Assembly (NCBI GenBank): GCA_963792585.1
Contig: CAWBWI010000001.1
Span: 1,953,743-2,017,742, forward strand
Direction: 5' to 3'
DNA length: 64,000 nt
Origin: Candidatus Eiseniibacteriota bacterium
GTDB taxonomy: Bacteria; Eisenbacteria; RBG-16-71-46; CAIMUX01; VGJL01
Part shown: piece after piece, positions 51,148-61,149 of the stretch
How positions within the stretch are numbered: the first letter of the stretch is position 1
Layout of the letters: the number at the start of each line of letters is the position of its first letter
Program-made: the position numbers and the translations under genes
The notes under the pieces: generated by a model
What the model saw: only the letters and a program-made list of their open reading frames with translations
Told to the model about the DNA's origin: nothing
Database searches by the model: none

Positions 51148-52900
51148 CTACTTTTCATCACTTTTTATGAACTCGATCCCCGCCGCCCGGCCTACGCTGA
51201 CCGTGAAGCCGGTCACGGCTCCGTTCCTGCCGCGCACGAATTCGACGGTCAGTCCGTAACCCGGGACCACGAACTTGTCCGGGGCCATCGGCTTGAGTTC
51301 GGCCCGGGCGACGGCGCGGGTCTTGAGCACGAGGCCGCCCTCCTCAACGCTCAGCTTGTACTTGGCATCGAGCAGCTCCTCGCTGACATAGGTCCCCGCG
51401 CAGGCTGCCAGATCGGCCGCCCACAGCGCCTTGACTTCGGCCGCCTTCTCGAAGCGGAACTCCTGGCTTTGGCCTACGGTCATGTGCGCTGTCGCCGGTC
51501 TTCCCTTCTGTGCTGCGGCGAATTCGATAGCGATCCCCGCCGCGTTCCCCGGCACCACATATTTCCCAGCCCCCACCGGCGCCAGGATGTAATTCCTGCC
51601 GTTCAGCCCGGCATAGAGCTTTTCGTCTTTGAGCGTCACCGTCAGCCACAGGCCGAACCGGTCGTCCTGCCAGTTGCCGGCGAGGGCCTTCATCTCCGCC
51701 TTCGTTACGGCGATCGCCGCGCCCGCCCTCTCCTGCGCCGCGCGCCCCACCAACCCCCGCCTTCCCCGTCTCCTCCTTCGCCGGCTCCTTCATCTGTCCC
51801 GCCAAATAGATATCCGCCACTTTGAAAGCCAGCCCGGCAGGGTCCATCGCATCCAGATTGGCCAGCACGATCGCCGAAAATCTCTGCTCCGGAAACCTCA
51901 CCAGCGCCGCCTTGAACCCCACCCACGCGCCGCCGTGCTCGACGACCTTGAGCCCCTTGTACTCGGTGACGACGAGGCCCCAGGCATAGTCGATCTTTTT
52001 CCCCGAATTGAGCGTGCCCGTCGTCTGCAGCATCTCCACCAGGTCCTTCCCCAGCGCCGCACCCGTATAAAAGGCCTGGTCCCAGAGATAAAGGTCGCGC
52101 ACGGTCGTGTAGACGTTGCCGTCGCCCGTCTCGTCCCAGTTGCTCATGGAGATGGCGAAGCCCTTCTCGCCCCTCGTGTATCCCGTCGCCCGGTCCCTGA
52201 TGACCTGGGTGTGGTCGTCCTGGATGAGCGTCTGCGACATCCCCAGCGGCCCGAAGATCTTCTCCCGGGCGAAGGCGTTGAGCGACTTCCCGCTGACGCG
52301 CTCGACGATCTGGCTCAACAGGAAGAAGCCCGTGTTCGTGTACGAGTACTCCTCGCCGGGAGCGTAGTTGAGCTTTTTCTGCCGCCGTACGATCTCGAGC
52401 GCTTCCTCGACGGTGGGGGAGTCCGACTCGGGCCTGAATCCGGCCAGGCTCAGGAGGGCGTTGTAGTCGCGGAGCCCGCTCGTGTGGTGAAGCAGGTGAC
52501 GCACCGTCACCGGTTTCCCGTAGGCGGGCATCTCCGGCAGGTACTTGCGGATGTCGTCGTCGAGCCCGATCTTGCCCTCCCTCACGAGAAAAGCCACGCA
52601 CGCCGCCGTGAACTGCTTCGAGACCGATCCGATGTCGAAGACCTTGTCCGGCGTGTTGACGATGCCGTCCTCGATCTTGGCCATGCCGTAGCCGCGCTCG
52701 TAGACGATCCGGCCGTCCTTGATGACCGCCAGTGCCGCCCCGGGGCTCGTCGTCTTGTCCCAAGCCGCGAACAGCTTGTCGACCTTGTCGGTCGTCTCGT
52801 CGGCCGCCGCCGCGACCGGGCCGACCATCGCCAGGATCAGCCATGCGGCCACGACTATCTTGATGGCGGGAAGGGCGCGCCTCCCGAGCGGAGCTTTCAT
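51148..52900 (-). CDS. serine hydrolase, beta-lactamase class C / peptidase S12 family (frameshift about 51,750)
   Basis: Signal peptide; GSVSKQF (SxxK), LLHHTSGL, YSYTN, HGG. Confidence 0.9.
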
Positions 52901-52989
52901 GGGACCTCCTGACGTGCGGACTCGAAATATTTCCCGGCGGGCCCGCGATCCCTCCATATATAATCCCCCTGTCCTCAAACCGCAAGTCC

Positions 52990-53025
52990 TTGACAACCCC
53001 CTTTCTTATGACTAAGTTATAGTCA
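52990..53025 (+). promoter_or_regulatory. sigma70 promoter with overlapping palindromic operator
   Basis: TTGACA-N17-TAAGTT; TGACTA-N5-TAGTCA at 53009-53025. Confidence 0.6.
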
Positions 53026-53066
53026 GGTTACAGCAAAAACCGCATATCCCCCGCAAGGGAAAGTCG

Positions 53067-54971
53067 ATGACGGCGCGCGAAGTTCTCCAATCCTGGAAGG
53101 AGATTTCCGCCTACCTCGGCCGGGATGTCCGCACCTGCCGTCGCTGGGAGGAGCACATCGGCCTCCCGGTCCATCGCCTCAACGGTTCTCCCAAGGCCCG
53201 CGTCATGGCCTACAAGGACGAGGTCGACCGCTGGCTGGAGATGAAACTCCACGAGCGCGACGGCGAAAACGCACCCGCCCATGATCCCGCTTCCCCCGCC
53301 GCTTCCCCCGCCCGCTCCGCCGCTTCACCGGGCCTGCGTCCCGGCCTACTCGACGCTCTTCGCTCCCTCCGCCTTCCGCCCTCGCTCGAGTTCCTCCGCC
53401 GCTGGTACGTCGCCGCGGCCCTGGCCGCCCTCCTCACCATCGGCGTCCTCGGCTGGCGTACGCTCAACAACGGCCGCCCCCATTATGTCCCGACCGGCAG
53501 CCTTCCCGCCGTGGCGGTCCTGCCCTTCGTCAACGGGACGGGCGACGACGGCCTGAACTATCTCTGCGAGGCCATTCCCGACCACCTCATCCGCGATCTC
53601 CAGCGGAGCCACGAGCACCTGACCGTGTTCAGCTTCGACGCCGTCGCCGACGCCGTGCGCAAGCTGGGACTCGAGCCGGGGGCGCCGCTCACGCCCGACG
53701 ACCTGGCCGCCATCTCTGCGCGGACGGGCGCCGGCTGGCTCCTGATCGGCTATCTCACCCGGTCCGGCTCCAAGCTCCGCCTCGACTACGAGGTCCGCGA
53801 GGCCGGGGCGTCCGCTCCTGCCGCATCGCTCCGGACGGACCACATCCCGGGGACAGAGGCCGAGATGCCGGTGATGGAGGATCGGCTGGCCGACGGCATC
53901 CGTCGCGCTTTCGGCGTCCCGACCTCGTCCGGACCCGACGCGCTCTTTGCCTGCTCGGTCCAGGCGACGCGGTTCTACGAGACGGCCCGGGCCATCGAGA
54001 GGAAATACGTCTTGAGCCTGGCGCCGGCCGACCTCGAGAAGGTCATCAGCCTGTTCGGTCAGGCGCGCGAAGCCGATCCCGGATGCGCCCTGGCCTTCCT
54101 CGGGCTCGGCGATGCCTACCAGATGCGGTTCGTCTACGAGGGCCGGGACCCGGAGACGTTGCGGCTGATGAACGAGAACTACGAGCGCGCCTACGAGATC
54201 GCCCCGGACCGGGCTGAGACCAACGTTGGCGTCGCCTGGGCCCAGTTTTTCAAACAGGACAACGACCAGGCCTACGCCTACCTCAAGAAGGCCGTCGAGA
54301 TCGATCCGGCCAGCCTCTACGTCCTGATCGATGTCGGGGCGTTCCTGCAAAGCATCGGCGTCCTGGAGCGGAGCGTCGAGTATTTCACCCGGGTCATCAA
54401 GGCGGGCGGGGCGACGGCCGACGTGTTCTGGTTCCGGGCCTGGTCTTACGAGCAGATGGGATTCTACGAATCGGCGCTGGCCGACTACGACGCGATGATC
54501 GAGCTCGAGCCGACCGACTTCCGTTCGCGCTGTCACCGGGCCCGCGTTCTCACCTTGATGCGGCGGAACGACGCCGCGGCGTCCGAGCTGGCCATGGCCG
54601 AAACCTTCGCGCCGGGAAACGTCCTGGTCGGGACGGTCCGGGCCCTGCTCGCGGCGGGGAGAGGGGACCGGAAGGCCGCCCTGGAGGCGCTCGCGCCGGT
54701 CCGGACCAAGGACCTCGCGGTCCGGGCGACCTTCTACGCCTCTCGCGTCTACGCGGCGCTGGGCATGAAGGACGAGGCCATCGACAACATCGAGTACGCG
54801 ATCGGCCACGCCTTCGACGAGGTCCACGACTACGCCTATTTCTTCCCGTACCTCAACAACAGGCGCGATCATTTCTACGACAAGCTGAGGGGAGAGTCCC
54901 GCTTCGCCGAGATCCTGCGGCGCGAGGAGCACAAGTACGCGGAGCGGCTGGAGAAGTACGCAGGGCTGTGA
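53067..54971 (+). CDS. membrane-anchored regulator-like protein: N-terminal HTH, TM, TolB-N-like domain, TPRs
   Basis: SWKEISAYLGRDVRTCRRWE..GLPVHR; TM helix; VAVLPFVN; TPR repeats. Confidence 0.8.
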   Translation: MTAREVLQSWKEISAYLGRDVRTCRRWEEHIGLPVHRLNGSPKARVMAYKDEVDRWLEMKLHERDGENAPAHDPASPAASPARSAASPGLRPGLLDALRSLRLPPSLEFLRRWYVAAALAALLTIGVLGWRTLNNGRPHYVPTGSLPAVAVLPFVNGTGDDGLNYLCEAIPDHLIRDLQRSHEHLTVFSFDAVADAVRKLGLEPGAPLTPDDLAAISARTGAGWLLIGYLTRSGSKLRLDYEVREAGASAPAASLRTDHIPGTEAEMPVMEDRLADGIRRAFGVPTSSGPDALFACSVQATRFYETARAIERKYVLSLAPADLEKVISLFGQAREADPGCALAFLGLGDAYQMRFVYEGRDPETLRLMNENYERAYEIAPDRAETNVGVAWAQFFKQDNDQAYAYLKKAVEIDPASLYVLIDVGAFLQSIGVLERSVEYFTRVIKAGGATADVFWFRAWSYEQMGFYESALADYDAMIELEPTDFRSRCHRARVLTLMRRNDAAASELAMAETFAPGNVLVGTVRALLAAGRGDRKAALEALAPVRTKDLAVRATFYASRVYAALGMKDEAIDNIEYAIGHAFDEVHDYAYFFPYLNNRRDHFYDKLRGESRFAEILRREEHKYAERLEKYAGL

Positions 54972-55047
54972 ATATAGGACGAGATCTTCTTTTATATGGG
55001 AAGGTTTTCGCCTTCTCCCCGTCTAATCAGTTGAGGAAGAACAGACG

Positions 55048-55410
55048 GTGAAGCTCGAACTCGATCCCAAGAAGGTCCTGGCCGTCGTCGTGACCGCCCT
55101 GGTCCTCCTCTTTGCCCTCTGGCTCGTGTCGCCCTATTTCCGTATCGACGCCAGGGACGCGGGCGCCGGCAAGATCACGAGCTACCGGCTTTTCCTCGGG
55201 TTGATGATCATGCTCGGCTTCATCGGAAAGACGCTCTGGGACGTGCTCGCGCCCCAGGGATTGGCCAAGAAGGTCTCGAGCGTCAAGGCCTTCGCCCTCA
55301 TCGCCCTGGCCATCCTACTCACGGTCTTCGTCGTCTTCACCGTGGCCCGGGCCACCGCCTACTACCTGGATTCCTCGATCGCCGCCGACGACGCGAATTA
55401 CCTGCCTTAG
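55048..55410 (+). CDS. small 3-TM hypothetical protein
   Basis: GAGGA RBS; three hydrophobic helices. Confidence 0.7.
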   Translation: MKLELDPKKVLAVVVTALVLLFALWLVSPYFRIDARDAGAGKITSYRLFLGLMIMLGFIGKTLWDVLAPQGLAKKVSSVKAFALIALAILLTVFVVFTVARATAYYLDSSIAADDANYLP

Positions 55411-55419
55411 CCGCGGCCG

Positions 55420-55677
55420 CTAGTTCCTTTTCCTCTGTTTGCGCTTGGCGTAGAGCCCCAGGGAAACCAGACTCGCCACGAGATAGGCCAAAGTCCCCGG
55501 TTGTAAAAAGGAAGACGCCGTGATTTGGGCGGTTTGGGAGATGTCGCTGCCGCCCATATAGTTTTCCGTGTCCGGCATGCCGGCCGTTCCCCCTAGACCG
55601 GCCCGCAAGTCCTGGGCGACGGCGGCTGTCGATAACATCAAGAACATAAAGAAGATAAGGATCGCTGTTTTTTTCAT
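55420..55677 (-). CDS. small secreted protein with PEP-CTERM-like C-terminus
   Basis: Signal peptide; LQPGTL, TM helix, KRKQRKRN; GAGGA RBS. Confidence 0.65.
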   Translation of the reverse strand: MKKTAILIFFMFLMLSTAAVAQDLRAGLGGTAGMPDTENYMGGSDISQTAQITASSFLQPGTLAYLVASLVSLGLYAKRKQRKRN

Positions 55678-55706
55678 GGGGTCCTCTGCGATTCAGCCAT
55701 GTCTTA

Positions 55707-55722
55707 TGCGGATTTCATGCCA
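55707..55722 (-). promoter_or_regulatory. putative sigma54 (-24/-12) promoter
   Basis: Minus strand TGGCATGAAATCCGCA: GG and GC at canonical spacing. Confidence 0.55.
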
Positions 55723-55825
55723 AGCGCTTTCCTCGAGGGAGAGGCCCCGTTACAGGGGGAATAATCCTATCGGACAGGAATCGTCCCAAACCGCGCGCGT
55801 TGCCGGGAGGAAGGGCGCCGGCCTC

Positions 55826-56791
55826 CTATTTCTGCCTCAGTTCCCTCCGGCCGATGATGACAAGGATCTTGATGAGCTCGATGGCGGTCATCAGGGCGAT
55901 GAAGAGCAGGGCGAACTTGACGCTGTACTTGATGGTGGCCATGGCCCGCTCGGGGATGCGGACGGCGAAGAGGCCGTCGACGGGCTGGCGGAGAAGCAGG
56001 CCGATCAGGCCGAGCGAAATGACGTTCGAGGCGACGTCGACCCAGCGCGAGCGAGTGAGCAGCTTGACGAGGAGAGCCATGGTCGAGGCGGCGAATCCGG
56101 CGATGACGATCATGGAGATGTAACGCCCCGCGCCGGGGGTGAACAGGGGGCGCGGATCGCTCCAGTCCAGGTTGACGAAGAAGATGGTGCCGTGCCGGGC
56201 GAAGAGGTAGAGTGCGAAGTCGGTGATGGCCAGCATGACGACGGCTCCGATCGCCGTCGGGACGCGGCTCGTCCAGAAGCTCTTTGTCGGCGGCTTGACC
56301 TCGTCGAGGTCGACGCCGAATTTCGGCCAGGGGAGCTTGACGTCCTTGCCGCTCTGGGTGACGAAGTAGAGGACGAGCGCGACGAGGCCCAGGTCGGCCA
56401 GGAAGGCCGTCGGCAGGTACATCAGGGCGTCGACGACGCCGAGCCGGGGCATGTAGAGGAGGGGGAAGATGACGAAGTCCTTCTTGAAAACGACGGCGAC
56501 GACGGTCAGGAACGCGTGGAGGGCGAAGAGGAGCGAAGTGTAGCGGACGAGGTAGCGCTTGTAGGCCGGGGCGATGATGGGCCGGTCGTCGACATACCGC
56601 TCGGCGACCTTGCGGGCCGGGCCGAAGGAGGCGATGGCCCGGTCGATCGCGGCGTCCGTGAACTCGCCGGGGCCCTCGGCGGCCTTTTCCATGATGTGGC
56701 TGCGGATCTCCGACAGGATCTCCTCGCGTTCGGCGCGGCCGCTGAGGAAGTGGCTGATCTCTTCGAGATAGGCTTCGAGCTTGTCAGACAT
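55826..56791 (-). CDS. PadR-associated membrane protein (HAAS-like N-terminus)
   Basis: YLEEI..EILSEIRSHI..FGPARKVA followed by several TM helices. Confidence 0.8.
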   Translation of the reverse strand: MSDKLEAYLEEISHFLSGRAEREEILSEIRSHIMEKAAEGPGEFTDAAIDRAIASFGPARKVAERYVDDRPIIAPAYKRYLVRYTSLLFALHAFLTVVAVVFKKDFVIFPLLYMPRLGVVDALMYLPTAFLADLGLVALVLYFVTQSGKDVKLPWPKFGVDLDEVKPPTKSFWTSRVPTAIGAVVMLAITDFALYLFARHGTIFFVNLDWSDPRPLFTPGAGRYISMIVIAGFAASTMALLVKLLTRSRWVDVASNVISLGLIGLLLRQPVDGLFAVRIPERAMATIKYSVKFALLFIALMTAIELIKILVIIGRRELRQK

Positions 56792-57131
56792 TCGGGATCT
56801 CCTTGACGATCGATTCGAGGACGCGGTCCTGGTTCCGCCAGACCTCGAGAAGCGAGGCGCGCAGGGCGCGGCCCGCGGCGGTGACGCTGTAGAACTTGCG
56901 GGGCCTGTCCTCGGTCAGGTCCCACTTCGACGCGATCCAGCCGTTCTTTTCGAGCCGGCGGAGGAGGGGGTAGAGCGTGTTCTCCTCGACCCTGTAGCCC
57001 AGCCCCTCGATGTGCTTGACCATCGAATAGCCGTACATGTCCGTTTCGAGCAGGGCCAGGACGAGGATGTGGAGGAATCCCCGGTTCATCTCCGTTTCGA
57101 GGCTGCCGATACCTGATTCTGGATCGGTCAT
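56784..57131 (-). CDS. PadR-family transcriptional regulator
   Basis: MYGY, NTLYPLLRRLEKNGWI, RPRKFYSVT. Confidence 0.92.
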   Translation of the reverse strand: MTDPESGIGSLETEMNRGFLHILVLALLETDMYGYSMVKHIEGLGYRVEENTLYPLLRRLEKNGWIASKWDLTEDRPRKFYSVTAAGRALRASLLEVWRNQDRVLESIVKEIPNV

Positions 57132-57218
57132 TTCAGCTCCTCTTGAAGGCTCATGTTGTTCATATCGCGTTCGTTCTCGTTTTACGTGCGCCAATAGCGT
57201 GTATCTAACTACGCTGTG

Positions 57219-57253
57219 TATTGTACAATAGTGTATGCGACACGGCTTGTCAA
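57219..57253 (-). promoter_or_regulatory. sigma70 promoter of padR operon with palindrome over the -10
   Basis: Minus strand TTGACA-N17-TATTGT; perfect palindrome TATTGTACAATA at 57219-57230. Confidence 0.65.
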
Positions 57254-57371
57254 GTACTTTTCCCAAATTTCTGGGAGATTCTCTATTTATTTTCCTAAAT
57301 CCCCCGGGATTTTCCCATTTTTCCCCGTGTAGTTGACACTCGTCCTGAGCCTATGCCAGGATGGGACCAGA

Positions 57372-58218
57372 ATGTGCGAGTTCTGCCATCAGCACGGCGA
57401 GGGGAAAAAGTGGTATCTCAACGCCAATAATTACGCCGAAGACCTCATGAGCGATCTGCGGCGGCGGCAGTTCATAACCGAGTTTTTCGAGAATCCGGGG
57501 CATCTAAACAGAGGGAACAGGGCGCTCGCGGCGCTCGACGTGATGCCCGATTTCCTATGGAAGGGCGTGCGGAAAAAGATCACGGTCAAACAGCAGGTCA
57601 GACATTTCGGCCAGGTCGTGCCCATCGAGGACATCGAACGGATCCTGGCCCTGACCACATCTGTCGTGCGACTGGCCTGCATCTGCCGGCACGTGTCGGC
57701 CGGGAAGGAGCAGCGCTACTGCTTCGGCGTCAGCATGGAGCCGAACGGCGGCGCGATCGCCAAGCTGTTCGGCGAGATCGACGCATCCTATCTCGTCGGA
57801 CCGCACACGGCCGGGCTCGAAACGATGTCGAAGACCGATGCACTGGCCCGGATCCGGGAGAGCGAAGCGGAAGGCAACTGCCACACGGTCTGGACGTTTA
57901 TCACGCCGTTCCTGGCGGGCATCTGCAACTGCTCGCTCCCGTCCTGCTACGCCATGAAGACGACGGTGGGCCACAAGACGCCGGTCTTTTTCAAGGGTGA
58001 GTACGTGGCCCGCGTCGACGCGGACAAGTGCAGCGGCTGCGGCCAATGCGTCAAGCTCTGTTCCTTCGGGGCGTTCAAGCCGCGGAAGAAGAAAGAGAAG
58101 GCCGAGGTCGACGCCCTCGAGTGCTACGGGTGCGGAATCTGCCGGAGCGCCTGCGTGAAGGACGCGATCACTCTTGTCGACCGGGCCACGGTCGCCGAAG
58201 CGGCCGCTCTGGCTCTGA
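57372..58218 (+). CDS. 4Fe-4S-binding protein (3' end probably frameshifted)
   Basis: MCEFCHQHGEGKKWY, CICR, ICNC, CSGCGQCVKLC, CYGCGICRSAC; end inferred from convergent gene. Confidence 0.82.
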
Positions 58219-58219
58219 G

Positions 58220-59487
58220 CTATTTCTTGCGGGCCGGGGCGACCCAGTTCTCGATGAACTTCTTCGGGCCGCCCTCGTGCTCTTCGACCAGGGCTTGGAA
58301 GATGGCCTTGAGGTGCTCGTAGGGGAGCGTCCCGATGATCATCCGGTTGTTGATGATCATGGTCGGCGTCGAGCGGATGCCGTGTGAGAACTTGTCGGAG
58401 GTCTTCTCGTACTCGGCGCCCGTGTCGATGATCCTCTTGACGAGCTCGCGCACGGCTGGGTCGCTCGGTGCGCCTTCGGCGCCGTACTTTTTGGCGAAGG
58501 CGGCGCGCCAGGCCGGGTCTTTCCGGGAAGCGAAATTGGCCCAGATCTCGTCGTGCATCTCGGCGAAGCGCTCCGGGTTCCCGGCCGCGATGTAGGTCAT
58601 TTCGCACGCGCCGGGGTGGAGGTTGGCCTTCTCCGGGACGACCTCGTTGCAGAGGCCCTCGAGCGGGAAGAACTGGATGGCGACGTTGATCTTGCCGGCG
58701 AACTCCTTCTTGAGCTTTCCAGCTGCTGGCTGAGGTAGAGGCAGTCGGGACAGACAAAATCCGTGAATTCAATGACTTGGATGGCCGCGGCCTCGAACTT
58801 GTCGGTCGACTTGACCGACCAGTACGGCGAGAGGAACGAGGGCGAGGCGACCTTGGGCAACTCGTAGAACTGCTTGACGATGTTGACGGCCGTGCCCGTC
58901 TCGGCGGCCTTGCGGGCGTCGTGGTACTCGATCATGCCGTAGGCGCCGGCCGCGGCGATGACGGCGAAAACGACGAGAAGCTTGAACGACGGCCGGACCC
59001 AGCGCTTGACGGGGTTCTTCGACTCGCGGTCGATGCCGTAGAGCGCGAACAGGATGAAGTTCATGAGCGAGAAGAGGTAGAAACCCGAGCAGAGCAGGCA
59101 CAGGCTGCCGAGGTGGAGGACGGAGTAGAGGAAGAGCGCGATGACGCCGAGGACATTCAGGAGGGAAAGCGACTTGTTGGTCCGCTCGAAGGCCTCGGAC
59201 GGGAAGATCGTGCCGAGCACGATCAGGGCGCCCATGAACAGACCGAAGAAGCCGAGCGGGATGCCCAGGACCTGCGAGATCTCGGAGAAAGCCGAGCTGT
59301 CGCAGTTGAAGAAGGCGCTGACGTCGCAGAATGAGCCGGCGAAGATGGTCTTGGGATAGTTGGCCTTGAAGAAGTGATCGATGGTCATGACCGAGGCGGC
59401 GATCATGCCCGCCCCGGCGACGAAGCTCAGGACGCGGCGGAGTTTCCAACCGCCGAGGGTCAGCGTTCTCGCGTGCGTGTCGGCCAT
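58220..59487 (-). CDS. VKOR-DsbA/thioredoxin fusion (frameshifted about 58,600-58,720)
   Basis: FCDVSAFFNC, CLLC, FTDFVCPDC, IRSTPT; GGAGG RBS. Confidence 0.85.
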
Positions 59488-59504
59488 GTTCTGTCTCCTC
59501 CCGA

Positions 59505-61033
59505 TCAGGATTGCGGCGGCGGCGGGACGGACGGTCCCGGTTTCTTGTGCCGGCGGTAGCGGTGCGGTTTGGACCGCGGCCGGGTGCCGAAGCGGGTCTG
59601 ATAGATCACCGCGAACGGGTCGTCGCAACTGCCGAACGTCCCCTCGACCAGATGGAGGTGAGGCGCGAGGCCTCGGGATAGCGGGGGCGCTCCTTGAGGG
59701 CCCAGCGCATCTTGCCGTCGACCAGCGCCTGGACCATGTGGTCGGCGATGACCAGCGTATGGACGGTCTCGAGAAGGACGGTTTTGGGCACCGTGGCCGA
59801 CGCCTTGGCGGCACGGAAAGCCTCGTAGAGGACCTGGGGCTTGTCGCCGTGGACCTCGGCGAGCAGGGGCTCGGCCCAGGGCCAGAGCAGCAGGCCGTAC
59901 ATCACCTCGGCCGGGGGGGCACCGCCGGAATTGACGGAGGCGTCGAGGACGCCGAGGAGGGCCGCCGCCCGGTCGGCGCTTTCGTCCGACGCTTCGTAGG
60001 ACTCGCCGACGTCGCCAAGGAAGCGCGACAGGACGCCGTGCGCGCGGGCGCTCTGGAAGAAGTCACGGGCGTGCCCGGACTTGATGTCTTTGTTGAGGCT
60101 CTTCGTAGAGCCGGGCGCCGGGGCAGGCGGCGAGGGCGTCGCGGTGCCGGGCGATGGCCTCGGCCGTGCGCGGTTCGATGGTGAACCCGAGCCGCGACGA
60201 GTGGCGCAGAACGCGCCAGATGCGGACCGGGTCTTCGGTGTAGCTCGTGTCCGGGTCGCCGATGATGCGGACGCGGCGGGCCGCGAGGTCTTCGAGGCCG
60301 CCGACGTAGTCGATGACCGAGTAGGTGGCGATGTCGTAGAAGAGGGCGTTGATGGTCAGGTCGCGGCGGAAGGCGTCCTCGCGGGGCGTGCCGTATGCGA
60401 TGGGCTTGATCGGGGCGCCGCGGCGTTGGCGGGAGCCTGGGGGGTGCGGCGAGCCCGGCGCGTCGAGAGCGGGCGGCCCGTCCCGGTCCTCGACGGGCGT
60501 ATCTTGTTCGGCCCGGGCTTCCGGTTCGCGGTCCCGGGCTTCGGCGGCCTCTTCCCCGTCGCTTAGGGACTCATCGGGCCGATCCGCCCGGGACTCTCTT
60601 CGGCTTCCGCCGCGCGTTCCTTTTCGCGGGCGCGTTCGGCCTCCTCCTCCCGTTCGGCGGCGAGGTCCTCTTCGCTGGGCTTGCGCCGGAAGGTCGAAAC
60701 CTCGATGATCTTACCGTCCTGGAAACGGACGTGGGCCAGGCGGAAGCGTCGGCCGATGAGGAAGGCGTTGCGGTAGAGGTTCGATCTGGTTGGGGTGGGC
60801 GTTCGGCCGACATCGAAGTCGGCCGGTTTGCGACCGAGGAGGAGGTCGCGGACCGCGCCGCCGACGAGGTAGGCGGTATAGCCGTTGGTGCTCAGCCGGT
60901 AGAGGACCTTGAGGCAGTCGGGATCGATGTCGTGGCGCGAGATGCGGTGCCGGCCCCGGTCGAGGATCGTCGGGGCCTCGTAGGCCGTCGGGTCGTCGCT
61001 CGCGGGCGGTTCTTTCGGGTCGGTCATAGCCAT
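59505..61033 (-). CDS. pcnB: poly(A) polymerase I (multiple frameshifts)
   Basis: [18 protein letters not shown] signature [29 protein letters not shown]. Confidence 0.85.
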
Positions 61034-61055
61034 TTAAGATAGCACTTTTTCGCGA

Positions 61056-61149
61056 TTTTTGGGGCTAAAAACATCGAAAATCGCCGCTTTTTTTCACACA
61101 TTTCTGTCTTAATTCTTTTGTTTTCTTAGTTTTGGTTTGGTCCGACCCC
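61056..61149 (-). repeat. 94-bp AT-rich dispersed repeat, copy 2
   Basis: Reverse complement aligns ungapped to 48822-48915. Confidence 0.9.
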
